From NCBI GenBank assembly GCA_002189035.1, contig NEEC01000112.1, positions 1-64,000 on the forward strand: a stretch of 64,000 bases of DNA. Direction: 5' to 3'. The position numbers and the translations under genes were made by a program. This DNA is from Utricularia gibba (taxonomy: Eukaryota; Plantae; Magnoliophyta). Below are positions 52,801 through 64,000 of this stretch, one piece after another (position 1 is the stretch's first letter; the number at the start of each line of letters is the position of its first letter). A model generated the notes under the pieces. It saw nothing but the letters and a program-made list of their open reading frames with translations. It was not told where the DNA came from and ran no database searches.

Positions 52801-55800
52801 ACCCATTGGGGTTCTCATGACATCCTAACTAAAGCAAATGCATTACGATTTCGTCGAGTACGACCCGATTGGCTTAGTAGCCAGACCGAATCTCGGGCCC
52901 TGACAAAGCTCCCAACTACAGCACCCACCTTAAAACGGCAAGCTGTTGCTTGAAAAACCATTTAGGCAGCCGCCGAAAACCCATCGTTGATAAATGCATC
53001 ACTTATTTTCCGGGCTACAACTGACTATTGGCCTGAGCCCGACCCGACCTCTGGCCCAATCCCGAAACCCTCCGAGCGCCTTCTCAAATATATAGTGTTG
53101 AGAAAACCCATTGGGGTTCTCATGACATCCTAACTACATCAAATGCGTTACGATTTTCGTCGAGTGCGACCCGATTGGGCTTAGTAGCCAGACCGAATCT
53201 CGGGCCGGACAAAGCTCCCAACGACAGCACCCGACTTTAAATGGCAAGCTATTGCTTGAAAACCATGTGGGCAGCCGCCGACAACCAACGTTAATAAATG
53301 CATCACTTCTTTTGCCGGGCTACAGCTGACTTGGGCTCAAGCCCGACCCGAATCCGGCCCGATCTCGGTGACCCACAAAAGCGCCTTGTCAAGTGTAAAG
53401 CATGCTGTTGAAAAAACCATTTGGGGTGGTCATGAGATCCTAACTTCAATAAAGGCATCACGATTTACGTCGAATGGGATCGGATTGTGCTGTGAAGTCA
53501 GACCGAACCTTGGGTCCGGACGAAGTTCCCAACAACAGCACCGCAAAAAAACGACAACTTTTCCTCGAAAAAAGCATGTAGGCAGCCGCCGAAAACCCAA
53601 CGTTAATAAATGCATCACTTTTTTGGCCGGGCTACAAATGACTATGGGCCAGAGCGCGACTCGACCATTTGCTCGATACTAGTGCCAGCCTAGAGCGCCT
53701 CCTCAAATATAAATCAGGTTGTTGAGAAAACCATTTGGGGTGCTCATGACATCCTAACTTCAAAAAATGCATCACGATTTTCATCGAGTAGCACCCGATT
53801 GGGCTCAGGAGCCAGACCGAACCTTGGGCCCTTACAAAGCTGCCAACGACAGCACCCGCCTTAAAATGGCAAGCTATTGCTTGAAAAACCATTCAGGCAG
53901 CCGCCGAAAACCCAACGTTGATAAATGCATCACTTATTTTCCGGGCTACAACTGACTATGGGCCATAGCCCGACCCGACCTCTGGCCCAATCCCGAAACC
54001 CCCCAAGAGCGCCTTCTGAAATATAAAGTAGAGTGTTGAGAAAACCCGTTGGGGTTCTCATGACATCCTAACTAAAGCAAATGCATTACGATTTCGTCGA
54101 GTACGACCCGATTGGGCTTAGTAGCCAGACCGAATCTCGGGCCCTGACAAAGCTCCCAACTACAGCACCCACCTTAAAACGGCAAGCTGTTGCTTGAAAA
54201 ACCATTTAGGCAGCCGCCGAAAACCCATCGTTGATAAATGCATCACTTATTTTCCGGGCTACAACTGACTATTGGCCTGAGCCCGACCCGACCTCTGGCC
54301 CAATCCCGAAACCCTCCGAGGGCGCCTTCTCAAATATATAGCAGAGTGTTGAGAAAACCCATTGGGGTTCTCATGACATCCTAACTACATCAAATGCGTT
54401 ACGATTTTCGTCGAGTGCGACCCGATTGGGCTTAGTAGCCAGACCGAATCTCGGGCCGGACAAAGCTCCCAACGACAGCACCCGACTTTAAATGGCAAGC
54501 TATTGCTTGACAAACCATGTGGGCAGCCGCCGACAACCCAACGTTAATAAATGCATCACTTCTTTTGCCGGGCTACAGCTGACTTGGGCTCAAGCCCGAC
54601 CCGAATCCGGCCCGATCTCGGTGACCCACAAAAGCGCCTTGTCAAGTGTAAAGCATGCTGTTGAAAAAACCATTTGGGGTGGTCATGAGATCCTAACTTC
54701 AATAAAGGCATCACGATTTTCGTCGAATGGGATCGGATTGTGCTGTGAAGTCAGACCGACCTTGGGTCCGGACGAAGTTCCCAACAACAGCACCCGCAAA
54801 AAAACGACAACTTTTCCTCGAAAAAAGCATGTAGGCAGCCGCCGAAAACCCAACGTTAATAAATGCATCACTTTTTTGGCCGGGCTACAAATGACTATGG
54901 GCCAGAGCGCGACTCGACCATTTGCTCGATACTAGTGCCAGCCTAGAGCGCCTCCTCAAATATAAATCAGGTTGTTGAGAAAACCATTTGGGGTGCTCAT
55001 GACATCCTAACTTCAAAAAATGCATCACGATTTTCATCGAGTAGCACCCGATTGGGCTCAGGAGCCAGACCGAACCTTGGGCCCTTACAAAGCTGCCAAC
55101 GACAGCACCCGCCTTAAAATGGCAAGCTATTGCTTGAAAAACCATTCAGGCAGCCGCCGAAAACCCAACGTTGATAAATGCATCACTTATTTTCCGGGCT
55201 ACAACTGACTATGGGCCATAGCCCGACCCGACCTCTGGCCCAATCCCGAAACCCCCCAAGAGCGCCTTCTGAAATATAAAGTAGAGTGTTGAGAAAACCC
55301 GTTGGGGTTCTCATGACATCCTAACTAAAGCAAATGCATTACGATTTCGTCGAGTACGACCCGATTGGGCTTAGTAGCCAGACCGAATCTCGGGCCCTGA
55401 CAAAGCTCCCAACTACAGCACCCACCTTAAAACGGCAAGCTGTTGCTTGAAAAACCATTTAGGCAGCCGCCGAAAACCCATCGTTGATAAATGCATCACT
55501 TATTTTCCGGGCTACAACTGACTATTGGCCTGAGCCCGACCCGACCTCTGGCCCAATCCCGAAACCCTCCGAGGGCGCCTTCTCAAATATATAGCAGAGT
55601 GTTGAGAAAACCCATTGGGGTTCTCATGACATCCTAACTACATCAAATGCGTTACGATTTTCGTCGAGTGCGACCCGATTGGGCTTAGTAGCCAGACCGA
55701 ATCTCGGGCCGGACAAAGCTCCCAACGACAGCACCCGACTTTAAATGGCAAGCTATTGCTTGACAAACCATGTGGGCAGCCGCCGACAACCCAACGTTAA

Positions 55801-58800
55801 TAAATGCATCACTTCTTTTGCCGGGCTACAGCTGACTTTGGGCTCAAGCCCGACCCGAATCCGGCCCGATCTCGGTGACCCACAAAAGCGCCTTGTCAAG
55901 TGTAAAGCATGCTGTTGAAAAAACCATTTGGGGTGGTCATGAGATCCTAACTTCAATAAAGGCATCACGATTTCGTCGAATGGGATCGGATTGTGCTGTG
56001 AAGTCAGACCGATCCTTGGGTCCGGACGAAGTTCCCAACAACAGCACCCGCAAAAAAACGACAACTTTTCCTCGAAAAAAGCATGTAGGCAGCCGCCGAA
56101 AACCCAACGTTAATAAATGCATCACTTTTTTGGCCGGGCTACAAATGACTATGGGCCAGAGCGCGACTCGACCATTTGCTCGATACTAGTGCCAGCCTAG
56201 AGCGCCTCCTCAAATATAAATCAGGTTGTTGAGAAAACCATTTGGGGTGCTCATGACATCCTAACTTCAAAAAATGCATCACGATTTTCATCGAGTAGCA
56301 CCCGATTGGGCTCAGGAGCCAGACCGAACCTTGGGCCCTTACAAAGCTGCCAACGACAGCACCCGCCTTAAAATGGCAAGCTATTGCTTGAAAAACCATT
56401 CAGGCAGCCGCCGAAAACCCAACGTTGATAAATGCATCACTTATTTTCCGGGCTACAACTGACTATGGGCCATAGCCCGACCCGACCTCTGGCCCAATCC
56501 CGAAACCCCCAAGAGCGCCTTCTGAAATATAAAGTAGAGTGTTGAGAAAACCCGTTGGGGTTCTCATGACATCCTAACTAAAGCAAATGCATTACGATTT
56601 CGTCGAGTACGACCCGATTGGGCTTAGTAGCCAGACCGAATCTCGGGCCCTGACAAAGCTCCCAACTACAGCACCCACCTTAAAACGGCAAGCTGTTGCT
56701 TGAAAAACCATTTAGGCAGCCGCCGAAAACCCATCGTTGATAAATGCATCACTTATTTTCCGGGCTACAACTGACTATTGGCCTGAGCCCGACCCGACCT
56801 CTGGCCCAATCCCGAAACCCTCCGAGGGCGCCTTCTCAAATATATAGCAGAGTGTTGAGAAAACCCATTGGGGTTCTCATGACATCCTAACTACATCAAA
56901 TGCGTTACGATTTTCGTCGAGTGCGACCCGATTGGGCTTAGTAGCCAGACCGAATCTCGGGCCGGACAAAGCTCCCAACGACAGCACCCGCTTTAAATGG
57001 CAAGCTATTGCTTGAAAACCATGTGGGCAGCCGCCGACAACCCAACGTTAATAAATGCATCACTTCTTTTGCCGGGCTACAGCTGACTTTGGGCTCAAGC
57101 CCGACCCGAATCCGGCCCGATCTCGGTGACCCACAAAAGCGCCTTGTCAAGTGTAAAGCATGCTGTTGAAAAAACCATTTGGGGTGGTCATGAGATCCTA
57201 ACTTCAATAAAGGCATCACGATTTTCGTCGAATGGGATCGGATTGTGCTGTGAAGTCAGACCGATCCTTGGGTCCGGACGAAGTTCCCAACAACAGCACC
57301 CGCAAAAAAACGACAACTTTTCCTCGAAAAAAGCATGTAGGCAGCCGCCGAAAACCCAACGTTAATAAATGCATCACTTTTTTGGCCGGGCTACAAATGA
57401 CTATGGGCCAGAGCGCGACTCGACCATTTGCTCGATACTAGTGCCAGCCTAGAGCGCCTCCTCAAATATAAATCAGGTTGTTGAGAAAACCATTTGGGGT
57501 GCTCATGACATCCTAACTTCAAAAAATGCATCACGATTTTCATCGAGTAGCACCCGATTGGGCTCAGGAGCCAGACCGAACCTTGGGCCCTTACAAAGCT
57601 GCCAACGACAGCACCCGCCTTAAAATGGCAAGCTATTGCTTGAAAAACCATTCAGGCAGCCGCCGAAAACCCAACGTTGATAAATGCATCACTTATTTTC
57701 CGGGCTACAACTGACTATGGGCCATAGCCCGACCCGACCTCTGGCCCAATCCCGAAACCCCCAAGAGCGCCTTCTGAAATATAAAGTAGAGTGTTGAGAA
57801 AACCCGTTGGGGTTCTCATGACATCCTAACTAAAGCAAATGCATTACGATTTCGTCGAGTACGACCCGATTGGGCTTAGTAGCCAGACCGAATCTCGGGC
57901 CCTGACAAAGCTCCCAACTACAGCACCCACCTTAAAACGGCAAGCTGTTGCTTGAAAAACCATTTAGGCAGCCGCCGAAAACCCATCGTTGATAAATGCA
58001 TCACTTATTTTCCGGGCTACAACTGACTATTGGCCTGAGCCCGACCCGACCTCTGGCCCAATCCCGAAACCCTCCGAGGGCGCCTTCTCAAATATATAGC
58101 AGAGTGTTGAGAAAACCCATTGGGGTTCTCATGACATCCTAACTACATCAAATGCGTTACGATTTTCGTCGAGTGCGACCCGATTGGGCTTAGTAGCCAG
58201 ACCGAATCTCGGGCCGGACAAAGCTCCCAACGACAGCACCCGACTTTAAATGGCAAGCTATTGCTTGACAAACCATGTGGGCAGCCGCCGACAACCCAAC
58301 GTTAATAAATGCATCACTTCTTTTGCCGGGCTACAGCTGACTTTGGGCTCAAGCCCGACCCGAATCCGGCCCGATCTCGGTGACCCACAAAAGCGCCTTG
58401 TCAAGTGTAAAGCATGCTGTTGAAAAAACCATTTGGGGTGGTCATGAGATCCTAACTTCAATAAAGGCATCACGATTTTCGTCGAATGGGATCGGATTGT
58501 GCTGTGAAGTCAGACCGATCCTTGGGTCCGGACGAAGTTCCCAACAACAGCACCCGCAAAAAAACGACAACTTTTCCTCGAAAAAAGCATGTAGGCAGCC
58601 GCCGAAAACCCAACGTTAATAAATGCATCACTTTTTTGGCCGGGCTACAAATGACTATGGGCCAGAGCGCGACTCGACCATTTGCTCGATACTAGTGCCA
58701 GCCTAGAGCGCCTCCTCAAATATAAATCAGGTTGTTGAGAAAACCATTTGGGGTGCTCATGACATCCTAACTTCAAAAAAATGCATCACGATTTTCATCG

Positions 58801-61800
58801 AGTAGCACCCGATTGGGCTCAGGAGCCAGACCGAACCTTGGGCCCTTACAAAGCTGCCAACGACAGCACCCGCCTTAAAATGGCAAGCTATTGCTTGAAA
58901 AACCATTCAGGCAGCCGCCGAAAACCCAACGTTGATAAATGCATCACTTATTTTCCGGGCTACAACTGACTATGGGCCATAGCCCGACCCGACCTCTGGC
59001 CCAATCCCGAAACCCCCAAGAGCGCCTTCTGAAATATAAAGTAGAGTGTTGAGAAAACCCGTTGGGGTTCTCATGACATCCTAACTAAAGCAAATGCATT
59101 ACGATTTCGTCGAGTACGACCCGATTGGGCTTAGTAGCCAGACCGAATCTCGGGCCCTGACAAAGCTCCCAACTACAGCACCCACCTTAAAACGGCAAGC
59201 TGTTGCTTGAAAAACCATTTAGGCAGCCGCCGAAAACCCATCGTTGATAAATGCATCACTTATTTTCCGGGCTACAACTGACTATTGGCCTGAGCCCGAC
59301 CCGACCTCTGGCCCAATCCCGAAACCCTCCGAGGGCGCCTTCTCAAATATATAGCAGAGTGTTGAGAAAACCCATTGGGGTTCTCATGACATCCTAACTA
59401 CATCAAATGCGTTACGATTTTCGTCGAGTGCGACCCGATTGGGCTTAGTAGCCAGACCGAATCTCGGGCCGGACAAAGCTCCCAACGACAGCACCCGACT
59501 TTAAATGGCAAGCTATTGCTTGAAAACCATGTGGGCAGCCGCCGACAACCCAACGTTAATAAATGCATCACTTCTTTTGCCGGGCTACAGCTGACTTTGG
59601 GCTCAAGCCCGACCCGAATCCGGCCCGATCTCGGTGACCCACAAAAGCGCCTTGTCAAGTGTAAAGCATGCTGTTGAAAAAACCATTTGGGGTGGTCATG
59701 AGATCCTAACTTCAATAAAGGCATCACGATTTTCGTCGAATGGGATCGGATTGTGCTGTGAAGTCAGACCGAACCTTGGGTCCGGACGAAGTTCCCAACA
59801 ACAGCACCCGCAAAAAAACGACAACTTTTCCTCGAAAAAAGCATGTAGGCAGCCGCCGAAAACCCAACGTTAATAAATGCATCACTTTTTTGGCCGGGCT
59901 ACAAATGACTATGGGCCAGAGCGCGACTCGACCATTTGCTCGATACTAGTGCCAGCCTAGAGCGCCTCCTCAAATATAAATCAGGTTGTTGAGAAAACCA
60001 TTTGGGGTGCTCATGACATCCTAACTTCAAAAAATGCATCACGATTTTCATCGAGTAGCACCCGATTGGGCTCAGGAGCCAGACCGAACCTTGGGCCCTT
60101 ACAAAGCTGCCAACGACAGCACCCGCCTTAAAATGGCAAGCTATTGCTTGAAAAACCATTCAGGCAGCCGCCGAAAACCCAACGTTGATAAATGCATCAC
60201 TTATTTTCCGGGCTACAACTGACTATGGGCCATAGCCCGACCCGACCTCTGGCCCAATCCCGAAACCCCCAAGAGCGCCTTCTGAAATATAAAGTAGAGT
60301 GTTGAGAAAACCCGTTGGGGTTCTCATGACATCCTAACTAAAGCAAATGCATTACGATTTCGTCGAGTACGACCCGATTGGGCTTAGTAGCCAGACCGAA
60401 TCTCGGGCCCTGACAAAGCTCCCAACTACAGCACCCACCTTAAAACGGCAAGCTGTTGCTTGAAAAACCATTTAGGCAGCCGCCGAAAACCCATCGTTGA
60501 TAAATGCATCACTTATTTTCCGGGCTACAACTGACTATTGGCCTGAGCCCGACCCGACCTCTGGCCCAATCCCGAAACCCTCCGAGGGCGCCTTCTCAAA
60601 TATATAGCAGAGTGTTGAGAAAACCCATTGGGGTTCTCATGACATCCTAACTACATCAAATGCGTTACGATTTTCGTCGAGTGCGACCCGATTGGGCTTA
60701 GTAGCCAGACCGAATCTCGGGCCGGACAAAGCTCCCAACGACAGCACCCGCCTTTAAATGGCAAGCTATTGCTTGACAAACCATGTGGGCAGCCGCCGAC
60801 AACCCAACGTTAATAAATGCATCACTTCTTTTGCCGGGCTACAGCTGACTTGGGCTCAAGCCCGACCCGAATCCGGCCCGATCTCGGTGACCCACAAAAG
60901 CGCCTTGTCAAGTGTAAAGCATGCTGTTGAAAAAACCATTTGGGGTGGTCATGAGATCCTAACTTCAATAAAGGCATCACGATTTTCGTCGAATGGGATC
61001 GGATTGTGCTGTGAAGTCAGACCGATCCTTGGGTCCGGACGAAGTTCCCAACAACAGCACCCGCAAAAAAACGACAACTTTTCCTCGAAAAAAGCATGTA
61101 GGCAGCCGCCGAAAACCCAACGTTAATAAATGCATCACTTTTTTGGCCGGGCTACAAATGACTATGGGCCAGAGCGCGACTCGACCATTTGCTCGATACT
61201 AGTGCCAGCCTAGAGCGCCTCCTCAAATATAAATCAGGTTGTTGAGAAAACCATTTGGGGTGCTCATGACATCCTAACTTCAAAAAATGCATCACGATTT
61301 TCATCGAGTAGCACCCGATTGGGCTCAGGAGCCAGACCGAACCTTGGGCCCTTACAAAGCTGCCAACGACAGCACCCGCCTTAAAATGGCAAGCTATTGC
61401 TTGAAAAACCATTCAGGCAGCCGCCGAAAACCCAACGTTGATAAATGCATCACTTATTTTCCGGGCTACAACTGACTATGGGCCATAGCCCGACCCGACC
61501 TCTGGCCCAATCCCGAAACCCCCCAAGAGCGCCTTCTGAAATATAAAGTAGAGTGTTGAGAAAACCCGTTGGGGTTCTCATGACATCCTAACTAAAGCAA
61601 ATGCATTACGATTTCGTCGAGTACGACCCGATTGGGCTTAGTAGCCAGACCGAATCTCGGGCCCTGACAAAGCTCCCAACTACAGCACCCACCTTAAAAC
61701 GGCAAGCTGTTGCTTGAAAAACCATTTAGGCAGCCGCCGAAAACCCATCGTTGATAAATGCATCACTTATTTTCCGGGCTACAACTGACTATTGGCCTGA

Positions 61801-64000
61801 GCCCGACCCGACCTCTGGCCCAATCCCGAAACCCTCCGAGGGCGCCTTCTCAAATATATAGCAGAGTGTTGAGAAAACCCATTGGGGTTCTCATGACATC
61901 CTAACTACATCAAATGCGTTACGATTTTCGTCGAGTGCGACCCGATTGGGCTTAGTAGCCAGACCGAATCTCGGGCCGGACAAAGCTCCCAACGACAGCA
62001 CCCGACTTTAAATGGCAAGCTATTGCTTGACAAACCATGTGGGCAGCCGCCGACAACCCAACGTTAATAAATGCATCACTTCTTTTGCCGGGCTACAGCT
62101 GACTTTGGGCTCAAGCCCGACCCGAATCCGGCCCGATCTCGGTGACCCACAAAAGCGCCTTGTCAAGTGTAAAGCATGCTGTTGAAAAAACCATTTGGGG
62201 TGGTCATGAGATCCTAACTTCAATAAAGGCATGTCACGATTTTCGTCGGGATCGGATTGTGCTGTGAAGTCAGACCGATCCTTGGGTCCGGACGAAGTTC
62301 CCAACAACAGCACCCGCAAAAAAACGACAACTTTTCCTCGAAAAAAGCATGTAGGCAGCCGCCGAAAACCCAACGTTAATAAATGCATCACTTTTTTGGC
62401 CGGGCTACAAATGACTATGGGCCAGAGCGCGACTCGACCATTTGCTCGATACTAGTGCCAGCCTAGAGCGCCTCCTCAAATATAAATCAGGTTGTTGAGA
62501 AAACCATTTGGGGTGCTCATGACATCCTAACTTCAAAAAATGCATCACGATTTTCATCGAGTAGCACCCGATTGGGCTCAGGAGCCAGACCGAACCTTGG
62601 GCCCTTACAAAGCTGCCAACGACAGCACCCGCCTTAAAATGGCAAGCTATTGCTTGAAAAACCATTCAGGCAGCCGCCGAAAACCCAACGTTGATAAATG
62701 CATCACTTATTTTCCGGGCTACAACTGACTATGGGCCATAGCCCGACCCGACCTCTGGCCCAATCCCGAAACCCCCAAGAGCGCCTTCTGAAATATAAAG
62801 TAGAGTGTTGAGAAAACCCGTTGGGGTTCTCATGACATCCTAACTAAAGCAAATGCATTACGATTTCGTCGAGTACGACCCGATTGGGCTTAGTAGCCAG
62901 ACCGAATCTCGGGCCCTGACAAAGCTCCCAACTACAGCACCCACCTTAAAACGGCAAGCTGTTGCTTGAAAAACCATTTAGGCAGCCGCCGAAAACCCAT
63001 CGTTGATAAATGCATCACTTATTTTCCGGGCTACAACTGACTATTGGCCTGAGCCCGACCCGACCTCTGGCCCAATCCCGAAACCCTCCGAGGGCGCCTT
63101 CTCAAATATATAGCAGAGTGTTGAGAAAACCCATTGGGGTTCTCATGACATCCTAACTACATCAAATGCGTTACGATTTTCGTCGAGTGCGACCCGATTG
63201 GGCTTAGTAGCCAGACCGAATCTCGGGCCGGACAAAGCTCCCAACGACAGCACCCGACTTTAAATGGCAAGCTATTGCTTGAAAAACCATGTGGGCAGCC
63301 GCCGACAACCCAACGTTAATAAATGCATCACTTCTTTTGCCGGGCTACAGCTGACTTTGGGCTCAAGCCCGACCCGAATCCGGCCCGATCTCGGTGACCC
63401 ACAAAAGCGCCTTGTCAAGTGTAAAGCATGCTGTTGAAAAAACCATTTGGGGTGGTCATGAGATCCTAACTTCAATAAAGGCATCACGATTTCGTCGAAT
63501 GGGATCGGATTGTGCTGTGAAGTCAGACCGACCTTGGGTCCGGACGAAGTTCCCAACAACAGCACCCGCAAAAAAACGACAACTTTTCCTCGAAAAAAGC
63601 ATGTAGGCAGCCGCCGAAAACCCAACGTTAATAAATGCATCACTTTTTTGGCCGGGCTACAAATGACTATGGGCCAGAGCGCGACTCGACCATTTGCTCG
63701 ATACTAGTGCCAGCCTAGAGCGCCTCCTCAAATATAAATCAGGTTGTTGAGAAAACCATTTGGGGTGCTCATGACATCCTAACTTCAAAAAATGCATCAC
63801 GATTTTCATCGAGTAGCACCCGATTGGGCTCAGGAGCCAGACCGAACCTTGGGCCCTTACAAAGCTGCCAACGACAGCACCCGCCTTAAAATGGCAAGCT
63901 ATTGCTTGAAAAACCATTCAGGCAGCCGCCGAAAACCCAACGTTGATAAATGCATCACTTATTTTCCGGGCTACAACTGACTATGGGCCATAGCCCGACC
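43888..64000. repeat. Homogeneous ~1,253 bp 8-monomer HOR (A-r-C-s-D-p-B-q), about 16 units, running off the window end
   Basis: A or A/C starts at 43888, 45141, 46392, 47645, 48839, 49762, 51012, 52265, 53765, 55018, 56272, 57524, 58779, 60032, 61285, 62538 and 63790. Spacing is 1250-1255 except 1194, 923 and 1500 at three irregular units. Confidence 0.95.

Larger units (their letters stand above)
1..64000. repeat. Continuous tandem satellite array with ~157 bp monomer (~314 bp dimer) organised into higher-order repeats; probably (peri)centromeric
   Basis: Motif AAATGCATCAC or a variant (AAATGCATTAC, AAATGCGTTAC, AAAGGYATCAC) recurs every 155-158 bp across the window in one orientation. In the unit 60032-61284, monomers start at 60032, 60190, 60345, 60502, 60658, 60815, 60970 and 61128. 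A second motif, TTGA(A/G)AAAA..CAT, recurs in every monomer class. The array is seen directly; the centromeric role is inferred from monomer size and HOR structure only. Confidence 0.98.

Noticed and set aside
60981-60999. CENP-B-box-like look of TTTCGTCGAATGGGA in monomer B
   Set aside because: It does not fit the NTTCGNNNNANNCGGGN pattern: the spacing is 2 nt short and it has TGGG instead of CGGG. I found no exact match on either strand in the monomer consensuses I checked.
62222-62255. Local anomaly in B: GGCATGTCACGATTTTCGTCGGGATCGG
   Set aside because: It is a single small insertion plus deletion at a known polymorphic site (GGCATC/GGTGTC), most likely consensus noise, and too small to interpret.
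803-63980. Recurring short ORFs (MHHDFHRV..., MVFQAIACHF..., MTHKSALSSV..., MMHLLTLGF..., up to 161 aa)
   Set aside because: They recur at exactly the repeat periods, overlap on both strands, open and close with 1-bp homopolymer indels, and show no recognisable domain. They are incidental frames of the satellite.
1-64000. CRISPR-like repeat-spacer reading of the conserved AAATGCATCAC motif
   Set aside because: The intervening sequences are homologous ~150 bp repeats, not unique spacers, and there is no leader or cas gene.
1-64000. Assignment to a named ~155-160 bp centromeric family (for example grass CentC/CentO or Rosa CANR4)
   Set aside because: Only the monomer size and a few short words are reminiscent. 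I cannot verify homology without a database search.
1-64000. rDNA or 5S units, intergenic spacer, tRNA arrays, telomeric repeats, LTR/TIR elements
   Set aside because: No conserved rRNA/tRNA sequence, no TTTAGGG/TTAGGG tracts, and no terminal repeats, PBS/PPT or transposase/RT frames were seen.
1-64000. Homopolymer length differences between units (GGG/GGGG, A5/A6/A7, C4/C5/C6) as lineage markers
   Set aside because: They are scattered without following the SNP haplotypes and are typical long-read errors, so I did not use them for classification.
1-64000. TATAAA/TATATA words in q, r and s as promoters
   Set aside because: They are short AT words repeated in every unit with no downstream gene or other supporting element.

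Overview
The whole 64 kb window is one uninterrupted, head-to-tail eukaryotic-type satellite DNA array. I found no credible gene, RNA gene, transposon, CRISPR array or unique sequence, and every ORF in the track is an incidental reading frame recurring with the repeat. The basic monomer is about 157 bp (155-158). It exists as two long-diverged halves forming a ~314 bp dimer, and eight monomer classes can be told apart. I label the first halves A, B, C, D and the second halves p, q, r, s; these are my own labels. The classes are strung into different higher-order repeats (HORs): a 628 bp 4-mer A'pBq (1-10.8 kb) with a hidden ~1,257 bp SNP alternation; a diverged 10-mer/8-mer zone (12.9-19.1 kb); a second 626 bp 4-mer ArC3q'; three copies of a ~3,132 bp 20-mer (21.3-30.7 kb); an irregular zone (30.7-43.9 kb); and a homogeneous 1,253 bp 8-mer ArCsDpBq (43.9-64 kb). 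Monomer size and HOR organisation fit a (peri)centromeric satellite, and a CG/CHG mutation bias hints at a plant; both are inferences and I cannot name the family. Several short deletion-rich patches, and 1-bp deletions placed at polymorphic sites, look like long-read consensus artefacts, so fine structure in those parts needs raw-read validation. I do not see evidence for a new protein- or RNA-based system; the interest lies in the HOR architecture and its evolution.
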